From Spirochaetia bacterium (GTDB lineage: Bacteria > Spirochaetota > Spirochaetia > DSM-16054 > Sediminispirochaetaceae), in assembly GCA_034520965.1 (NCBI GenBank), contig JAXHMY010000001.1:320001-384000 (forward strand): a stretch of 64,000 bases of DNA, read 5' to 3'. Under the pieces are notes generated by a model, which ran no database searches, was not told the origin of the DNA, and worked only from the letters and a program-made list of their open reading frames with translations. This document shows, one piece after another, positions 60,228 to 64,000 of the stretch (within the stretch, counting starts at the first letter, position 1; each line of letters starts with the position of its first letter). Position numbers and translations under genes: made by a program.

Positions 60228-62285
60228 CTATTCCGGCGGAGCAAAATATCCCAGTTCCCCGCGTCCGCTTCTGCCAAAAACGGAGATCTGCGCTTCAACA
60301 GGAAGATAGGCCCGTCCAAAGTCACTGTTGCGGGTGGACCGGTATGAAAGAATATACCGACCGCTGCTATGCTCTAATATTCTTTCTACCATTGGAGCTA
60401 CACCCCTGGGATTATACAGATAGGTGCTTGATCCTCCAGTCTTTTCGCACAGATAGGCTAACTCCGGCGCAATCTTACCTTGTGGGTTCATAGTAACACA
60501 ATTGAAGGTGATATCATTGTTCCTCAGATAGTCAAGCAGGTGAATCAGTTCATATGATTGGAAAGCGTGCTCCGGCAGCTTTCCAGTGGATAAAAACACA
60601 ATTGCTCGCTTTTCTCCGCCGGAGATCAGCGGCCCCGCGGACAAACGCAGCCCCTGGTCAAACTGCCAGTCTTGACTAAAGCTACCTGAAAGCGCTGCTG
60701 ATCGCACGGCTTCGCCATCCTGGGCAGCTTCAAGCTGCAGCACCGGCTGTGATCCCGCCTGTACCACATTAATATCACCTCTCCGCAACAGTGACGATGC
60801 AATATCGGCAGCAGCTTGTCCAATACCCTCTGTATTTTGCTGCATTCCCGGTGAGCCTTCCACCATAAGCGTAATATCTGCTCTCTCCAGCCGGTCAACT
60901 GCAGACTCTAACACAGGCTCTTCGACCGGATAGCGAGCCTCGGTGATATAAAAATTGGTCCCCTCAAGTCCCACATACGGCTCCCCGGTACGCCGCTGAA
61001 CAGTGATATCGAGGAAAACTTCCGGAAAGTTTTCTGCATTGACTCGATTAATGCGCACAAACAAACCCGAATACATCCGGCTGAAATCGGCTTGCATCGA
61101 AACTATGTTCTGATTGAAATCGGCAATTAATAAATTATCGTTGACATCTCGACTTGCCGAGACAATTTTGACCCGCCTCCCATTAAGCCTGCTAAGCGGT
61201 GTGAAAGCACGACTTTCAAGATCAAGCAGGAGTACTTGCTCTTCATCCGCTATTATCAACTGTTGCGAACTGTAAAGCGAGAGGCCTTCGGGACTCTTCA
61301 GATATGAACTCGTGAGAGTAACCAGAAAATTCCCGCTTGCATCGAATACATCAACTGCCGAACGATTTTTGTCGGCTACGTATACAAAATCTTCATGAGC
61401 CAGTATTCCGGTGGGCTGCTGAAACCCTTCGAAATCAGCAGTCTTTCGGCCGAAGGAGAGAATAAAATTTCCTTCATAATCAAACTTTGCTACCCGGCGG
61501 TTTCCCTGATCAGTAACATACAGATACCCATTCTTATCATCACTGATAAACTGCGGCCCCAAAAGCTGCCCCTGACCGGTACCGGTTTGACCAAAACGTT
61601 TTAACACCCGACCGGTGGGAGTGCAATGAACAATTCTGTCACCTGCAAATTCAGTTATAAAAAGACCTTCATCCGGGTTTGCAGTAATATCAAAGGGGTG
61701 GTTCAAACCCTCAATACCGCCCCTCAAAGAACGCTTCAGTCCGCCATTAGCCGAGAACTCAAGTACTTCGTTAGTTGCAAAAGATACAGTGTAAAAACCA
61801 CCGGTGCTGTTCGGATGCACAGCTGTCGGTCGTTTAAAGACCTGTACATCATTCTGTATTCCCTCTATCTTTTCAAACTCGACAAACTTAGGCCCCTCTT
61901 TCGGCTCTGTGGGCTGCTCTCGTTGGTAGGTGAGGATACGAACCATTTGTTCCATGGCGGCACTTAGTCCCCCATCCTCCATCATACGACTCCACATATC
62001 TATTGCAGTCGAAGTGAATCCGTTTCTATAATAGGTACGGGCCAGCCAGGATTGAGCTAACGAAAAACCGGGTTTCAGGGAAAGACTTTTCTCCAGCGAG
62101 AGCAGCGCCTTATTGTATTCACCACGGTGAAATGCACGTATTCCATAGCGCAATTCTCTTTCAGCGTAAACTTGATCCATATCGATGGTATTCACATCTT
62201 CTTGGGCAGCAGTCGTGTGTATACCCATCACTCCCAAGACTAGCAAAATCAGAGCGTATTTCCAGATTCCCCGTCTTCCGTACAT
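60228..62285 (-). CDS. Exported TPR + NHL beta-propeller + VWA-like protein
   Basis: Signal peptide; NHL repeats (FGQTGTGQGQLLGP, YVTDQGNRRV.KFD, YVAD); C-terminal Rossmann-like VWA (AIVFLSTG, LCEKTGG). Confidence 0.8.
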   Translation of the reverse strand: MYGRRGIWKYALILLVLGVMGIHTTAAQEDVNTIDMDQVYAERELRYGIRAFHRGEYNKALLSLEKSLSLKPGFSLAQSWLARTYYRNGFTSTAIDMWSRMMEDGGLSAAMEQMVRILTYQREQPTEPKEGPKFVEFEKIEGIQNDVQVFKRPTAVHPNSTGGFYTVSFATNEVLEFSANGGLKRSLRGGIEGLNHPFDITANPDEGLFITEFAGDRIVHCTPTGRVLKRFGQTGTGQGQLLGPQFISDDKNGYLYVTDQGNRRVAKFDYEGNFILSFGRKTADFEGFQQPTGILAHEDFVYVADKNRSAVDVFDASGNFLVTLTSSYLKSPEGLSLYSSQQLIIADEEQVLLLDLESRAFTPLSRLNGRRVKIVSASRDVNDNLLIADFNQNIVSMQADFSRMYSGLFVRINRVNAENFPEVFLDITVQRRTGEPYVGLEGTNFYITEARYPVEEPVLESAVDRLERADITLMVEGSPGMQQNTEGIGQAAADIASSLLRRGDINVVQAGSQPVLQLEAAQDGEAVRSAALSGSFSQDWQFDQGLRLSAGPLISGGEKRAIVFLSTGKLPEHAFQSYELIHLLDYLRNNDITFNCVTMNPQGKIAPELAYLCEKTGGSSTYLYNPRGVAPMVERILEHSSGRYILSYRSTRNSDFGRAYLPVEAQISVFGRSGRGELGYFAPPE

Positions 62286-62295
62286 GCTCCCTCCT

Positions 62296-62976
62296 CTAAT
62301 CAATCGCTCCAATCTCCTTTGCTACCGCCTTCAGATGACTCTTAATTATAGGGTGATCATCAGAGAGTTGATACGCCCGCTTTATATAGCGATGTGCTTC
62401 ACTAAATTTACCAAGTTTGTAATACACCCACCCTAAAGAATCAAGGTACGCAGCTTGTTCCGGTTGTTTTCGGACAGCCTGTTTGCAGAGGTCCAGCGCC
62501 TTGTCTAGGTTATACCCCTCTTCAGCCTCAATATATCCACTACTGTTAAGAACATTAGGATTTTCAGGATCCAGCTCCATTGCCATATTTATATATTTAA
62601 GACTCTCATCGCTGCGCTGTTGTTGAAACAAAAGGTATGAGTATACCGAATATACCTGCACCGAGGCATACCCGCCGTCAATCAACTGCTTTATCTCATA
62701 CTCCGCCAGAGAATACCGTTCAGTATTAGTATAGATAACAGCTAGGAGAAGACGACACTGATACAAATGCAGGAAATCAGGATGAGTGGTAACGACCTGC
62801 TCAAGATACAGGAGAGCCTCGTCGTACTGTTCCGTTTGGCTGTAGCAGAGCCCTAGATAATAAGAGAGTTCCGGATTCTCGGCCGGATCTTCATCAACCG
62901 AGAGTAAGACCGCCAACGCTTTTTGATAACGTTTGGCCTTGTAGAGCCGCTTGGCGGTTTCGAACGCTTTCCCCAT
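62296..62976 (-). CDS. TPR-repeat protein
   Basis: YYLGLCY, LNSSGY, AYLDSLGWVYYKLG. Confidence 0.88.
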   Translation of the reverse strand: MGKAFETAKRLYKAKRYQKALAVLLSVDEDPAENPELSYYLGLCYSQTEQYDEALLYLEQVVTTHPDFLHLYQCRLLLAVIYTNTERYSLAEYEIKQLIDGGYASVQVYSVYSYLLFQQQRSDESLKYINMAMELDPENPNVLNSSGYIEAEEGYNLDKALDLCKQAVRKQPEQAAYLDSLGWVYYKLGKFSEAHRYIKRAYQLSDDHPIIKSHLKAVAKEIGAID

Positions 62977-63008
62977 CTTATGCACCCTTACACTGATTTA
63001 ATCTTAGC

Positions 63009-63755
63009 TTACTCAATATCAAATTGAGCTTCTTGGTAGGTATGTATCACCTCGTGATTCATCGGGTGAAGGTAGACCGGAGAGACTGATATCTTACCGG
63101 CCTGTACCGCATTCCAGTCGCTTCCCTCCTCCTCTCGTGCATGAATCGATTCTCCAGTAAGAAAATAGTACTTATCCCCGTTTGGGCTTTGAAAAAACTC
63201 AGCTTTATCACTGTAAATGCGTCGGGATGGATGAGTTATTGAAACTGCATTTACCTGACTCGAGGGTGGAGGAAAATTTATGTTGATAAAGTGATCAGAA
63301 CTCCACAGTTCTAGTAACAGCTGGATATTGTTGTGAACAAATTGTGCAGCTTTTTCAAAGGGGAAGGGAGGCTTAATGGGAGCAACCGACACGGCGATAC
63401 TGGGAATTCCTACTAAAGCCCCCTGTCGAGCAGCTGCGCAGGTTCCTGAGTAAATTATATCGGTACCTAAATTCGGGCCTCGATTTATTCCCGAAATGAT
63501 AATATCCGGTTGCATGGGCAATGCTCCGAGAAGTGAATATAGGACGGTATCCGCCGGGGTTCCGTCACATGCATACATTCGGGCAGCCACCTGCCGGAAG
63601 CGGACCGGATCTCTTAGGGTAATTGAGTGACTCATACCGCTCCGTTCACGATCCGGGGCGGTAACCCACACCTCGTGCTCTTTCTCCAGCTCCCCTTTAA
63701 GGGTAAGCAATCCGGGACTCTCTATTCCGTCATCGTTACTAATTAGTATTCGCAT
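63009..63755 (-). CDS. surE: 5'/3'-nucleotidase SurE
   Basis: ILISNDDGI, APDRERSG.SHSIT, GTPAD, SGIN.GPN.G.D..YSGT. Confidence 0.97.
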   Translation of the reverse strand: MRILISNDDGIESPGLLTLKGELEKEHEVWVTAPDRERSGMSHSITLRDPVRFRQVAARMYACDGTPADTVLYSLLGALPMQPDIIISGINRGPNLGTDIIYSGTCAAARQGALVGIPSIAVSVAPIKPPFPFEKAAQFVHNNIQLLLELWSSDHFININFPPPSSQVNAVSITHPSRRIYSDKAEFFQSPNGDKYYFLTGESIHAREEEGSDWNAVQAGKISVSPVYLHPMNHEVIHTYQEAQFDIE

Positions 63756-63797
63756 TGTTCCAATTATAAGACAGATTACCCTGCTTTGAAAACTGAA

Positions 63798-64000
63798 TTA
63801 TTCAGAATATACGATACGAGCCCCTTTTTGAGGGGAAATAATATAATATACAGGGTGAAAACCGAAAATATGCTCGTATTCATCTAACCGTTTCTGATAA
63901 CCGGGCAGGGCATCCTTATGACACAGGGTCAGCGTACAGCCGCCAAAACCGGGCCCGATTAACCGAGATCCGTAACAGCCGTCTACTTCCATAGCCCGTT
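63798..64000 (-). CDS. galK: GHMP kinase C-terminus, probably galactokinase (partial, 5' part beyond window)
   Basis: GSRLIGPGFGGC GHMP motif; frame open to the window edge. Confidence 0.7.
   Translation of the reverse strand, partial: RAMEVDGCYGSRLIGPGFGGCTLTLCHKDALPGYQKRLDEYEHIFGFHPVYYIISPQKGARIVYSE

Overview
A 64-kb stretch of ordinary core chromosome, most likely from a free-living spirochaete (inference from gene content: gltX-glyQS-tyrS string with an alpha2-type GlyRS, ~600-aa AlaRS lacking C-Ala, orphan FliG paralog, capD-degT-xdh-like block, HD-GYP, TGS/ThrRS-uridine kinase fusion). About 55 CDSs are recognisable (recQ, xseAB, prfC, ligA, dnaE, recG, hisZGB, rlmN, alaS, clpSA-aat, surE, galK etc.) plus one tRNA-Phe. 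I saw no CRISPR array, prophage, transposase or defence island. The most distinctive signal is non-coding. Three copies of a 123-175 bp AT-rich MITE-like element have CAG...CTG ends, each flanked by its own perfect 9-bp target-site duplication and built from two terminal hairpins with compensatory changes. A 35-bp hairpin module occurs both nested in one copy and solo, and a second, unrelated TIR element lies upstream of tRNA-Phe. Other points of interest are a NYN-LOTUS gene next to a stand-alone RRM gene (split MARF1-like architecture), a LoaP-like antiterminator heading a sugar-pathway plus degenerate xanthine-dehydrogenase-like operon, two probable pseudo-signalling domains and several apparently leaderless genes. 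The +1 frameshifts in xseA, hisB, rlmN and alaS look like sequencing errors rather than true pseudogenes.
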